Shown here: positions 27,577 through 37,835 of the stretch, one piece after another
Position numbering within the stretch: position 1 is the stretch's first letter
How the letters are laid out: every line of letters starts with the position of its first letter
Virus record (IMG/VR): IMGVR_UViG_3300025035_000003
Coordinates: 37,226-101,225 of that record
DNA from: a virus
Reading direction: 5' to 3' (one strand)
Length of the DNA stretch: 64,000 nucleotides
Notes under the pieces: generated by a model
What the model was told of the DNA's origin: nothing
What the model saw: only the letters and a program-made list of their open reading frames with translations
The model's database searches: none
Made by a program: the position numbers and the translations under genes

Positions 27577-28170
27577 CTATAAGGTTGATAAAAGGAACTT
27601 AAGTCCTTCTAAGTATTTAGCCTTTTGTGTGGGCGACTGATTGCTAGACATGTTATGAAACATGTCTGCTATTTTGATTTTAGTTGCGACTGTGTCTGTT
27701 GCTACTTCTGTGAGATATTCCATATATGGCATACCTTTGGTACGTGGTAGAAGATGTAAACGTCTCCATATGGGAATAGTAACTCTACTTTCTTCTAGTA
27801 ATTCCCCATAAGGTTTAGTGACGATATATGCTACATTTCCACTTATATGTGCTGTACATTTATAATTAGTATCTTTAATAACATCATGGAGTAATGCCAC
27901 AATTTTTTCTTCATCTGTAGTCATCATTTCTGTGACTGCGATTGGATGAGTATGGTAAGGTAGTTGTTTACACCATCCGAGGTTTGCGTCATACGAAATA
28001 CGATTTCCTTCATTTGTAATTCCTTCATCTGTAACAAAATAACCTAGTGTGCTAAATTCCTGATAATTCGGTAGATTGTAAGTTTCATTTGCAGGAAATA
28101 GTTCTAGTTTACACCATTGCCCTTTATGAACTTCAATGCAGAGTTTCTTTGCATGGTCAACTGTTATCAT
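27577..28170 (-). CDS. HD-domain protein, (p)ppGpp-hydrolase/Mesh1-like
   Basis: PYHTHPIAV, ALLHDVIKDT (usually HDvvED), KIADMFHN. Confidence 0.75.
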   Translation of the reverse strand: MITVDHAKKLCIEVHKGQWCKLELFPANETYNLPNYQEFSTLGYFVTDEGITNEGNRISYDANLGWCKQLPYHTHPIAVTEMMTTDEEKIVALLHDVIKDTNYKCTAHISGNVAYIVTKPYGELLEESRVTIPIWRRLHLLPRTKGMPYMEYLTEVATDTVATKIKIADMFHNMSSNQSPTQKAKYLEGLKFLLSTL

Positions 28171-28398
28171 TAGTAATTTCCATAATTGATAGGAGGTTGT
28201 TCGATTTCTTCCATATACAATGTATATTCATCGCATGTAGTTACTAATTTTCCATCTTTTTCATGTGGTAATTTTTGTATAAGTGCACCTTCATCAAAAT
28301 TTAATGAATGTACTATACTTCCTGTTATTGTGAAACCTTTCATGGTATTTCTTTTATTTATTTATAAGCTATTGAATGTTACACTAGTGGCTAAATAA

Positions 28399-29100
28399 TT
28401 ATCTATATAGTTTATTGGCAATGAAATAGTTTATTTTGCTACTAATACGTTTACTATATGCAGGAAAATCCCCGCCAAAGTACCGGAGTAGTGCCGATTC
28501 TTCTTTAGATTTAGCTGATTTATGCATAGGCATTTTGTAGAGCGTATTATAGATGAATCCAAAAGCTCTAATATTAAGAACCGGGTCAAATAGATCTGCT
28601 CTGTTAGTAATAATACCTGCTTTGATGAGGCTTTCTCCCCACCATTCATATACTATACCTTGTAATCCAATAGCACGAACTCTTATCTTTTTACCATTTA
28701 TCTTGATAGTAACTTCGTTATGAAGTATGTAAGGGTTCATGGACGATTCTGCATGTCCTACAAAGTACGTAATAAGTGGGTTGATGTTATAGAGTTCTTG
28801 CATTTCAAGCCCTGTAGCTATAATTTCCTGTTTAGCTCTTATAGGTGTTGTAGGATAATTGTCCTTGATATCCTGAAGTAGATCTTCTTTCCCTATGGTA
28901 ATGTAGCTGTTACTTACATTAGGCATAGGCTTTGGTGCTATTGTAATTTCTACGTTGGGTGAGTGCGTGATTTGAGGTTCTACTTTAGCTGATGATAGTA
29001 TCTGAGAGGTTATAATTAATGCAAAAATTAATAATAGTATAGGTAGTATTATTAATCTGTGCGCATGTAATCGTTTCTGATAAAAATTATTTAGATTCAT
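28399..29100 (-). CDS. Membrane-anchored lytic transglycosylase (SLT-like)
   Basis: N-terminal TM, AESS, AIGLQG, LFDPVLNI, RYFGG. Confidence 0.75.
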   Translation of the reverse strand: MNLNNFYQKRLHAHRLIILPILLLIFALIITSQILSSAKVEPQITHSPNVEITIAPKPMPNVSNSYITIGKEDLLQDIKDNYPTTPIRAKQEIIATGLEMQELYNINPLITYFVGHAESSMNPYILHNEVTIKINGKKIRVRAIGLQGIVYEWWGESLIKAGIITNRADLFDPVLNIRAFGFIYNTLYKMPMHKSAKSKEESALLRYFGGDFPAYSKRISSKINYFIANKLYR

Positions 29101-29119
29101 TTTGTTACTCCTTTGATAT

Positions 29120-29150
29120 GTGCTAAACTAGGATTAACCTAGTTTAGCAC
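29120..29150. promoter_or_regulatory. 13-bp hairpin upstream of SLT gene
   Basis: GTGCTAAACTAGG..CCTAGTTTAGCAC. Confidence 0.5.
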
Positions 29151-29505
29151 GTAATGCTTCAAGTTCTCCGACTGATAAGCCTGCAAGTTTCTTGTTGCTT
29201 TTTTTTTTTACGATTGATGCGTGTACCCTATATAAATGTAAGACAAAAAACAAATTAGTAGTATAAACCACAAAAAAAAATAAATAGACCCCACTCAATT
29301 TATTAGTTGCCAATGGCTATACAAGTAAAGGCTCTTTATCTTGTTAGCATAGTTACCCTTCAGCTTAAAGAAGACCATTGCATTGTTAGGAACGTTTTAC
29401 TGCAATTACTTTACGTGGTTTTTGTATTAGTGTCGTGCTATAGTCAAATATATGTAATGTACGACCTTCGTTTGCTGGTGAACGAACTACTTCGTTTAGC
29501 ATCTT

Positions 29506-29778
29506 TTATGTCTCCATATTCGTACATGTATTCTCCTTCATGTGAGGTGGTTTGACTATATCAGTTTGCTGTATTATAATACCATTATATGTAACTATGT
29601 TAGTAGCAGCCCTACAGATAGTATATAACCACTCTTTTACTGCGTTAGTATGTTGTGGGTCTATTTGAACACCTTGAAAAAAGGGATGTACTTGGTTAAT
29701 TATCTCTACAGAAAATATGTCTGTTGGAGGTGGTTGTAGCAGTTGTACTGGTATACTATTTATACGTATTTCTTGCAT
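29506..29778 (-). CDS. Hypothetical protein
   Basis: AAGGAG RBS. Confidence 0.6.
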   Translation of the reverse strand: MQEIRINSIPVQLLQPPPTDIFSVEIINQVHPFFQGVQIDPQHTNAVKEWLYTICRAATNIVTYNGIIIQQTDIVKPPHMKENTCTNMET

Positions 29779-29848
29779 TTTATCTCCTTTTTAAGTTGTA
29801 GTAGTCTTGAAGTTATTTAGACTGTTATTTATTGAAGAACTGCTAAAT

Positions 29849-30337
29849 TTATTTCCATTTAGATTTTTGTATGGTTTTTGAGTATAGTAGAAATTTCATA
29901 GATTCTTGTTTAGCTAATAATCGTTCTTCTTTTGATTTAAATACTTCATGTTGTGTATAGAATTCATCACGTAATTCTTTTTCAGTAGGCTTAGTAAAGG
30001 TATAGTTATTTAAATAGTAATGCGGAATACCTCTAAATACGTCATTCGCATGTCGTTTGACATTGTACAATGTTGTAATGATAGTAAGTTCCCTACCTTT
30101 TAAACTAACTAGCAATGCAGCCATTCTGCCAGTATTGGTGCGAAATGTGATAGTTATACGCCCTTTATTGCGATATTGTGATATAGATTGTGCTGCACGA
30201 GATAGAATTTCTTTTAATTTTTTAACTGTAAAAAACTTTCTACGTGAACGCAGTTCTCCTTTCCTTACTTGGTTAAGATGATATGAGATATTTACATTGA
30301 ATTGTGTATCATATGCGTTTATAGAAAATAAGTACAT
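29849..30337 (-). CDS. Hypothetical basic protein
   Basis: GAGGA RBS. Confidence 0.65.
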   Translation of the reverse strand: MYLFSINAYDTQFNVNISYHLNQVRKGELRSRRKFFTVKKLKEILSRAAQSISQYRNKGRITITFRTNTGRMAALLVSLKGRELTIITTLYNVKRHANDVFRGIPHYYLNNYTFTKPTEKELRDEFYTQHEVFKSKEERLLAKQESMKFLLYSKTIQKSKWK

Positions 30338-30498
30338 ACAGTTCCTCTCTTATACCCTATGACAGGATTATAATTATGTTTGATTTTTTGACTAATCGGA
30401 CGCGACCAAGTTTGATTGATTCCGCTAATGTGTACAACACTTTTGGTGTAGGACCTGCTGTAGCAGATGTACGTTGATAAATTTTGTTTGACATAGAT

Positions 30499-31284
30499 TC
30501 ACGCATTATTAATTCCTAAATATTGTTTCATTGTTAATTTGTTTGGCGCTACACATAAAAAGCCATTGGCATGTACGAATATCATATCAGGGTTTGACTT
30601 AAATTGTGGGTGAGGCATCTCATAACTAGATGGGTTAATGGTAGGTACTTGTGCATACCAATGTGATGTATCATCTCCTTTAGGCCACATAACTGCACGA
30701 ATATGTGCTAACTCAGTTATGCCATTTACATATGTTTGCCAACCGGCGATATACTCTGGAAGAATAAGCACATTATCAATTATCGGAGAGTTATTTATAA
30801 TGTTAGGAGCATTGTTTACTTTGTCCTGATAATCTTTCATGGAAGTGAAATATAAAATTAGCACATGTAATGCTGTATTAAATGCACTCATTTGAGCGGT
30901 ATCATCATAAATATTATCTGTATTTAATGCAGAGATAAAATGAGGTAGTTCGAATGCCGTTGCTTTACGGATACCTACGTCGTGTTGGTCAATAAGTTCA
31001 ATGATAGAAGATATACGAGGATACGTATCAGATACGCCTAGATGCTCCCATATAAGTCCAGCAGATGATTTGCCATGCTCCCATTGATGATGATCAAATA
31101 GACCTTTAGATGGATCGTACTGACGTCCTATATCAATTACAAAGTCAGCATTTGCTGGAATTGGTGATTGCTGCGAAATACGTGTGATTTGGTAGGTATT
31201 TGTAGTGCATACGTGGAGTAATGCACAAGCTGTTAGCTCATCTAGATGAAATGCGCCTGAATGTGTGATAATTGTTTTTGTCAT
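30499..31284 (-). CDS. MYG1/UPF0160-family DHH-like nuclease
   Basis: THSGAFHLDE, VIDIG, FDHHQ, SSAGLIW, FVHANGF. Confidence 0.85.
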   Translation of the reverse strand: MTKTIITHSGAFHLDELTACALLHVCTTNTYQITRISQQSPIPANADFVIDIGRQYDPSKGLFDHHQWEHGKSSAGLIWEHLGVSDTYPRISSIIELIDQHDVGIRKATAFELPHFISALNTDNIYDDTAQMSAFNTALHVLILYFTSMKDYQDKVNNAPNIINNSPIIDNVLILPEYIAGWQTYVNGITELAHIRAVMWPKGDDTSHWYAQVPTINPSSYEMPHPQFKSNPDMIFVHANGFLCVAPNKLTMKQYLGINNA

Positions 31285-31295
31285 GATAATTCCTT

Positions 31296-31799
31296 TTAAT
31301 CGATTGGGTATACAGTTTCTCTGTCATAGCCTAATTTATCATGTAATGCACTATGACATGCGTTACATTGGATTCTGACGTCATCTATATCTTCTGCAGT
31401 TAATCGTAAATATGTAGTATGATGCAGTTCTAAATTATCAGTGCTACCACACGATTCACACCGGTAATTAGCTATAGCTAGTCGTACTTCTTTAAGTGCC
31501 TTCCATGCATAACTATCTAAGTATTCTGCTTTCTCCTGTGGAGAAATATACATGGTACCAGGTAATGGGTTTGTGGTTGGCACTAGTTTTACTGGCTGTA
31601 AAGGCTGAATAGAAAAGTTATCTTTGTTATCTGATTGGTAAAGATCAGAGAACATGTTAGGATTTTCTAACATAGATTGAGTTACTACGTAAATGTACCC
31701 CAATATAGCAGCTGGAATAATTAGTAGTTCATGAATATTAAAAGCTATAACTGCTATGATGAAAACTATAGTGACTCTGACTTCAGGACTGATATACAT
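31296..31799 (-). CDS. Membrane-anchored HNH endonuclease
   Basis: N-terminal TMs; CESCG..LELHHTTY..CNACH; likely start MYISPE. Confidence 0.75.
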   Translation of the reverse strand: MYISPEVRVTIVFIIAVIAFNIHELLIIPAAILGYIYVVTQSMLENPNMFSDLYQSDNKDNFSIQPLQPVKLVPTTNPLPGTMYISPQEKAEYLDSYAWKALKEVRLAIANYRCESCGSTDNLELHHTTYLRLTAEDIDDVRIQCNACHSALHDKLGYDRETVYPID

Positions 31800-31924
31800 T
31801 TTATTCCTTTGTTTATTAAACATGCTTAAATGAAGTGCCCAACACAAAGGTGGCGTGCCCTTACAGAGGATTTTAACACTCTTCTTGTCTGTATTATGTT
31901 GCCTATGTGTACTTCATTTAAGGT

Positions 31925-31960
31925 AAAAAAGAGAGATGTAAGCAAGCTGCTTACACCCTC
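31925..31960 (-). terminator. Rho-independent terminator
   Basis: GAGGGTGTAAGC..GCTTACATCTC followed by T-run on minus strand. Confidence 0.6.
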
Positions 31961-32268
31961 AGGTGGCTAAAATCTCCAGTTTGGTTCATACTTAGCCCCT
32001 TACTTAGTTATTATGTATAGCCTGTATTTTACCTATCGACCCTTCCTGCTATATGGGGTAGAACCCTGCCAAGAACGCGCTCCCACAAAGACGTTTAAAA
32101 ATGTTATTTGCTCATTTACGTGGATGAGTAGTGCTTAATGTGCGTATTGAATAAATTAAATACCATAATACAACCGGTATCGCCACAATTACAATTACGT
32201 ATATAATAGCAGATACTGCCATTATACTAGTGAATATTGCTAATAGCACTATAAGTATTATTGTGGTT

Positions 32269-32565
32269 TTAAGTATTTCCATTTGGTGCTCCTGTTGAGA
32301 ATAGTTTATCTACTTCACTTTCTTCTTCTTCTTCGCTATCGAGTGCAGCGAAGTTTAATGGAGTTTTAAATAGAACAACTGATACAACTGCTGAACCTAT
32401 CATTGAAACAATCATCCCACCTTGTCCAGTATCACCAAATAACCATACGAATGCTACCATAAATCCTACATCTAGTGTAGCGTCCATATAGCGTTCCATT
32501 TGTATTTTCTTAATTATAATAATCCAGTTAAAGGCCGCGATTATACCTACTATGATAAATAACAT
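32269..32565 (-). CDS. Small membrane protein
   Basis: Three hydrophobic segments, AAGGA RBS. Confidence 0.7.
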   Translation of the reverse strand: MLFIIVGIIAAFNWIIIIKKIQMERYMDATLDVGFMVAFVWLFGDTGQGGMIVSMIGSAVVSVVLFKTPLNFAALDSEEEEESEVDKLFSTGAPNGNT

Positions 32566-32869
32566 TTGTTTTCCTTTGTTGTAGAGAGATAGACCCTATA
32601 GTACACTCAAACTTACCTTTGTTGAGTATACTATAGAACTTACCTAATTAATGTTATTTCCCTTTGTTATTGGCTCAATTTTACATTGTTCATAAGCTGG
32701 AAGAGTTCTATAGTTTAAATATTCTCTTACTTTACTTTCAGCTAAAGTTATGTCTGTAGCTGGTTTGTCTAACCATTCGTATATATATGTAACTATTTAT
32801 TCATAAGGTACCTTTTATTATAGTATTTTCATTCTTCTTTACTTCTTGTTTATAACATTGTGATTGTGT

Positions 32870-32910
32870 AAAAAAAAAAAGGAATAACACACCCGAAGGC
32901 GCGCTATTTC
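32870..32910 (-). terminator. Rho-independent terminator after RNA polymerase
   Basis: AATAGCGCGCC-TTCG-GGTGTGTTATT then an 11-nt T-run. Confidence 0.75.
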
Positions 32911-34758
32911 TTATTTAAGGGCAGTCATAGCACATTTAAAGTCTACGACTGGTGTCACATTAACCATTAACTCATTCCATTCTTTGATTGCATTACGTTT
33001 AATGTTAATGCTTCTGAAATAGTTATTAATGATAGACTCACGATTTTTATTTACAAGTTCTAGCTGACTAGCTGCAAGTCTGCGTGTACGTAGTGCATGA
33101 ACTGGAGATACAATGAATGCGTCGTGAATAGTTAAACACCATTCACTGTTTAATGCTACGTAATCTGCAATTTGACTATCAACCCCATGTACTAAAAGTG
33201 TAGCAAAGTATCGTCTGAATTGATTTAAATCAGGTACTGATGATGTATGTGTATGCGCAATTGCTTCAACTGAGCTACTGTCCGTAGAGTAAATGGGATA
33301 GCGTTTAGTGTAGTCACCTACTCTACGGTACCTATTACATTCAATATTGAATGTATCATTCCATACGGTAACAGTCATATTCTCTTGTGGTTGTACATTA
33401 TCAATGATTAAGTTCTTGAACTGATTAGCTAATGTGTATTTTCCGCTGTTTAGTTCATAGTTCATGATACCAACTTGCTCAGCTGTATAGTTTGTAATTT
33501 TGTTTTTAGTCCATAAATCACGAACAGGTGCACTTGAACCATAAAGGTATGGTGTAGCTGCGAATTTAACCATAGGTCTAGTAAGTTTATCTACTTTCCA
33601 TGGGTCTGTAATTGGGCCTTCTATAGCGTTTGTAATTGTAAGCAGATTAAGGTCATTAAGTAAGGCTCCTTCAATTTGTAACATTGAAGCCCCAAAATCG
33701 AGCTCTATAGGCACTGTCCACTGAAATGGTGCTATACTCGTATGTGCATTTAATGCATCTAATTCTACATAGAGTCGTTCTAGCCATATAAGCTCATGTA
33801 GTTCTTTACGATCATCTTCGTTTGAAAGATTAAGCTCTGGTAATGTACGCGCTACGTATGATGAGTAACCAAATGATGCTTTAGCGTCTTCGCTATCAGC
33901 TTCCTTCATACCAAGTAATTCTGCAATGAATAGGTATACTGCAAATTTAGTATCAATAAGGTCTTCAGGTTTAACTGATACAGCTGGGACTTGAATAAGT
34001 AGTGCTCTAGCGTCTTTAAACCCTATTGGATTAAAGATACGTGCTAAGCTAGAACTGATTGCTCTACCCCTGCTATCATTGTAATTAGCACCAAGTGTAA
34101 AGCTCTCATCTGGTGAATACATGTGAAAGTCGATGATATCTTTGCTGATTGAAGTGTAATCAGCTCCGTCTTCAATAAGCGTATAGGTTTCAGCTATCTT
34201 CATCATACCTTTAATAGTATTAGATATGATAGTATCGTAGTATCTATGAAGCATAACTGTATCATATTTAAATGGTGCTGTACCTGCTTTAGCAAAGCCA
34301 TCGCGGATTAGCCCTGTATTGCGTGTTGCACCATTCTGACGAGTTTTTCTGCTACTACGCGTAGTAGTGTCAGATGCCATACGGTAATCTGCGAACTTCG
34401 CGTCTCTACGAATAGCAAGAAGGTCGTCTTTGTCTAAGTAGTCAAGTAGCTTAGTTTCTACTAAAGACATTTCTGCCCAATGTCTGCCTGATACAACAAG
34501 TGAGTAAATCCAACCTGCGTCTGATGCACGTTTAATAAACTGATTGAATGCACGTGGGTCGTTGAATCGGTCAAACCAATATGGTGTTGATACTGCTCCC
34601 TCGTTGTTAAGGTATGCTTTCCATAACGCTTTCCATAACGCTGTTTCCACTTCTGAGAACTCTCCTAGTTCTACTGGTACTGGCAATTTGCCCTCTTGTA
34701 TTTGCATGCGAAATGCGACTCTGGCTTTTAATCCATTAATGCTAGGTATTGCACTCAT
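32911..34758 (-). CDS. T7-like single-subunit DNA-dependent RNA polymerase (615 aa)
   Basis: DSRGR, motif A LDFGASMLQ, motif B RPMVKFAATPYLYGS, VHGVDS, motif C IHDAF. Confidence 0.9.
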   Translation of the reverse strand: MSAIPSINGLKARVAFRMQIQEGKLPVPVELGEFSEVETALWKALWKAYLNNEGAVSTPYWFDRFNDPRAFNQFIKRASDAGWIYSLVVSGRHWAEMSLVETKLLDYLDKDDLLAIRRDAKFADYRMASDTTTRSSRKTRQNGATRNTGLIRDGFAKAGTAPFKYDTVMLHRYYDTIISNTIKGMMKIAETYTLIEDGADYTSISKDIIDFHMYSPDESFTLGANYNDSRGRAISSSLARIFNPIGFKDARALLIQVPAVSVKPEDLIDTKFAVYLFIAELLGMKEADSEDAKASFGYSSYVARTLPELNLSNEDDRKELHELIWLERLYVELDALNAHTSIAPFQWTVPIELDFGASMLQIEGALLNDLNLLTITNAIEGPITDPWKVDKLTRPMVKFAATPYLYGSSAPVRDLWTKNKITNYTAEQVGIMNYELNSGKYTLANQFKNLIIDNVQPQENMTVTVWNDTFNIECNRYRRVGDYTKRYPIYSTDSSSVEAIAHTHTSSVPDLNQFRRYFATLLVHGVDSQIADYVALNSEWCLTIHDAFIVSPVHALRTRRLAASQLELVNKNRESIINNYFRSINIKRNAIKEWNELMVNVTPVVDFKCAMTALK

Positions 34759-34806
34759 GTTATTCCTTTGATTTAGTAGGGTCGAAACCCTACAGATAGC
34801 TAGTGA

Positions 34807-35490
34807 TTACACTGATTTAAATGTGGCTGTGTCGTCGATTGATGCATCTGCATTATTGGAAGATGGGGTAAGAAGTAAGTTATCCTCCATAGTCTGTTGC
34901 GCTTTGATAACGCTACGTTCTTCAATAAAGTTAAATTTAGCTTGTGTGATTTGGCTGAAGTCTGGGTCGATTAAACCAAGTGCACGAGATAGTTTCTCGA
35001 GAATAGCTTTAGTTTCAACGGCATCTCCACCTATCCCATGCATGATTGTGCCTGTGAGTTTGTCGAAGTATGTATTACGACCGATTGCATCTGCAAAGCC
35101 TACAGCATGCTCATCTGTTAAGTCACGGAATACTCCAAGTTCTGAGTGCATAAGACATGCTTCGTCTAATGCAACGAAACCAAGTTTCTTCTGTAGTAAT
35201 ACAGTACGAAGAGCACCTATGAGTGCATTTGCTTGATGGCCAAAATTAAATTCACCATAACGAGTAAAATGTTTGTTGCTGATAGCATCAAGTGGGTCTG
35301 TGATTAGCTTTAGAGATGCATTATCTTGCGCAGCAATTTCGTCTGTAAGGTACCTGTCTGATTGTACATAGTTCAATTCATTGGTGAGTTTACGTTCTTC
35401 TATTTTACCTTCGAGTGCTACTGCTCTGTCTAGTTTTGCTTTAGCTAGTTGCTCTAGCAATGTTGGTTTGTTATCGGATGTTGTTCCCAT
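34807..35490 (-). CDS. Hypothetical protein immediately upstream of RNAP
   Basis: Likely start MGTTS after AAGGA. Confidence 0.7.
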   Translation of the reverse strand: MGTTSDNKPTLLEQLAKAKLDRAVALEGKIEERKLTNELNYVQSDRYLTDEIAAQDNASLKLITDPLDAISNKHFTRYGEFNFGHQANALIGALRTVLLQKKLGFVALDEACLMHSELGVFRDLTDEHAVGFADAIGRNTYFDKLTGTIMHGIGGDAVETKAILEKLSRALGLIDPDFSQITQAKFNFIEERSVIKAQQTMEDNLLLTPSSNNADASIDDTATFKSV

Positions 35491-35553
35491 GGTATGTTCC
35501 TTAAGGTTTATTTGGTGGGTTAGAGGCATTTCAGCACGCGCATAAAATAAGAT

Positions 35554-35580
35554 CCTACTAGATGGAAATACATTAGTAGA
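35554..35580 (-). promoter_or_regulatory. Putative phage RNAP promoter, copy 1
   Basis: TCTACTAATGTATTTCCATCTAGTAGG on minus strand; repeated at 38781 and 39451. Confidence 0.65.
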
Positions 35581-35997
35581 TATAGTTACTTAATTCGTTT
35601 ACCTGAGATATGCCATGTACCTACTGAAGTAGGGTATTGTGTTTCTAAATACCATAATGTATCTGATAAGTAAGAATGAAGCGTACCAAGAAAACTAGTT
35701 CCAAGTACTTCTTGTATTGATTCCTGCATCATTTCGTATATATCTTGCTTCTGTTTGGCTAACCATACTTCGGCACGATTGAATTTAAAAATTATAGCTA
35801 ATATAGCTACTGATTATGCATTTCATCTATTTCCTTTGGATGACAGTAAATCAATGAATGATTCACATAATTCTTTACTGCCTATACAGTGGATGTCGGC
35901 ACCTCGCACTTCAAAGAAGTAACGATATGCTTCAGGACGAACTAATGGTTTATAACCTATGGTAATAAGTATATAAGTGGGCATTAGAAAGGCTACT

Positions 35998-36528
35998 TTA
36001 CGCGTAGTAGGTAGGAGCTACCAATTCTTTTGCATATTTAAATGCTTCATGCCCTGACATTTTGGTAGTACTAGATTCTGACCATTCTAAGCCTTTAGGA
36101 GTTTCTCGTACGCAACGTACAAGGTATTCACTCGTCTTATCGTCGGCGTACGGGCAGCCAACGTCGAAGTCGACATTCCACGCAACGATAGTAGAACTCC
36201 AGTAAGTGCTAAAAATGTTGTCTAGTAATTCAGTTGCTGTATTATGTTTTGAGTAGTCTACTAATGTGAGTAATTCTTTGAGTGTTGGCAATCTCCAATC
36301 AGTATGAAGTATAGGAGATTTTGTAGATAATTTATTAACTGATGATTCAAATTCAGTTAATAGTAGGTGGCATTTATCATGCAGCTCGGCGATAGTACTA
36401 CGACTATCTGTAGATATGCGGCTATTATGTAGATGAACTGCAAGTATCTTAGCTGCTTGTTCAACTGCTTCATATGCAGATGGTTCAAAGAAGTCCGCTT
36501 CTATTGTGGATTGGTTGTTGATATGCAT
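35998..36528 (-). CDS. DUF1566 (Lcl C-terminal) domain protein
   Basis: DWRLPTLKEL, YWSST, VRCVR. Confidence 0.75.
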   Translation of the reverse strand: MHINNQSTIEADFFEPSAYEAVEQAAKILAVHLHNSRISTDSRSTIAELHDKCHLLLTEFESSVNKLSTKSPILHTDWRLPTLKELLTLVDYSKHNTATELLDNIFSTYWSSTIVAWNVDFDVGCPYADDKTSEYLVRCVRETPKGLEWSESSTTKMSGHEAFKYAKELVAPTYYA

Positions 36529-36697
36529 TGTTATTCCTTTTATGCGTAGTAGCATGTTGCGGCTGGAAAACTAGTTTGTATGTAGTTTATCCCATAAGGC
36601 TAATGTATGCGTGTGATTACTATGACCATAGTGAATATGAGCATAGTATGCGTGTATTTGTCTATAACGAGATTGGGTTAATAGTAACCATAGGTGT

Positions 36698-36886
36698 CTA
36701 ATGTAGTTCATGATGTACTCCTTGAAGGTGGGTTGAAGTTATTGGATTTTGAGTTGGTATGTTGAGCTTTGGGTGGTTGGAGATGTATGCCTGACATTCG
36801 GATTTTGAGCCTTTGTAAAGTGATTTGTTATCTGATGATAAGGCGCGGTATTCGTTGGCTTCTGCATTGATTGTTGAGATAAACAT
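36698..36886 (-). CDS. Hypothetical protein
   Basis: AAGGA RBS. Confidence 0.55.
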   Translation of the reverse strand: MFISTINAEANEYRALSSDNKSLYKGSKSECQAYISNHPKLNIPTQNPITSTHLQGVHHELH

Positions 36887-37121
36887 GGGTATCCTTGTTA
36901 TTTGGATGATTTGGGTTATGCTGGCATGCTGTTGTTTCTTCTATTATCTATATACTGTGCGAAATCGCAAGAGCGAAAGACTTAGTATTAGTAGCTCCAT
37001 GGAGCTATTATTTTGTACTGTATCCCCCTTATTATACAGCTATTACTTGGATTTGCTATTTGCTCTTGACAGATTAGCTCAAAGTAAGTATAATTAGCTC
37101 AAAGACACATAAGGAGTTCCC

Positions 37122-37835
37122 ATGAGAACGCAAACAATAGGAAGAGCGAATGTGCTCACTGTATTAGAACACAATGTATCGGCTCTTCATCCGCTCCATA
37201 CTGCTGAGCAGTTCCAAGGCCTACTAAATGATATACGATTAAATGGGCAAAAAGAACCTGTTAAAATGTATAGAGGTAAACTTGTAGATGGTCGTCATAG
37301 ACTAAAAGCATTGAAACAATTGGGAATTGCGTATATAGAATATGTAACACTTCCTAATAACCTGACACTGGCGCAGTTGAAAGATGAAGTAATTTCTAGT
37401 GAGATGAGACGGCATCTAACACCTACTCAATTAGCGTTGAAAGCACTAGATGTGTATGATGCTGGCAGTATAACTCAAGAAGGTGCATGTGTACAAACTC
37501 AAGCAACTCTAGCCCAACTTAAGCGAGCATTAGCTATACAGAAGATAGGCCGTAATGATATACTAATACATCTACGTAGTGGTAAATTATTTGATGTGAG
37601 TACAACTAGTAAATTTGCTAAGCCAACTGATAGCTTAGGTGCAATACTAAAGTACTTGAAAGATAAGCAGTTTACTGATGCTGTTAAACTACAAGCTACT
37701 GTTAAGTTAGATACCATTGCTGAGACTACTTCCCAATTTAGTACTGTATTAGCTGATGGCTTATTAGCTACTATGAAAGCATTGAGTGATGCTGAGCGTT
37801 CATACATACTGCAGAAGTTAGCAGAAAGTGTGTAA
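37122..37835 (+). CDS. ParB-like N-terminal domain protein
   Basis: DIRLNGQKEPV..LVDGRHRL..RRHLT; TTGACA-N17-TATAAT promoter upstream. Confidence 0.8.
   Translation: MRTQTIGRANVLTVLEHNVSALHPLHTAEQFQGLLNDIRLNGQKEPVKMYRGKLVDGRHRLKALKQLGIAYIEYVTLPNNLTLAQLKDEVISSEMRRHLTPTQLALKALDVYDAGSITQEGACVQTQATLAQLKRALAIQKIGRNDILIHLRSGKLFDVSTTSKFAKPTDSLGAILKYLKDKQFTDAVKLQATVKLDTIAETTSQFSTVLADGLLATMKALSDAERSYILQKLAESV

Noticed and set aside
32794-32803. TATTTATTCA motif as another retron cassette
   Set aside because: No flanking arms or msd hairpin; expected by chance in AT-rich DNA.
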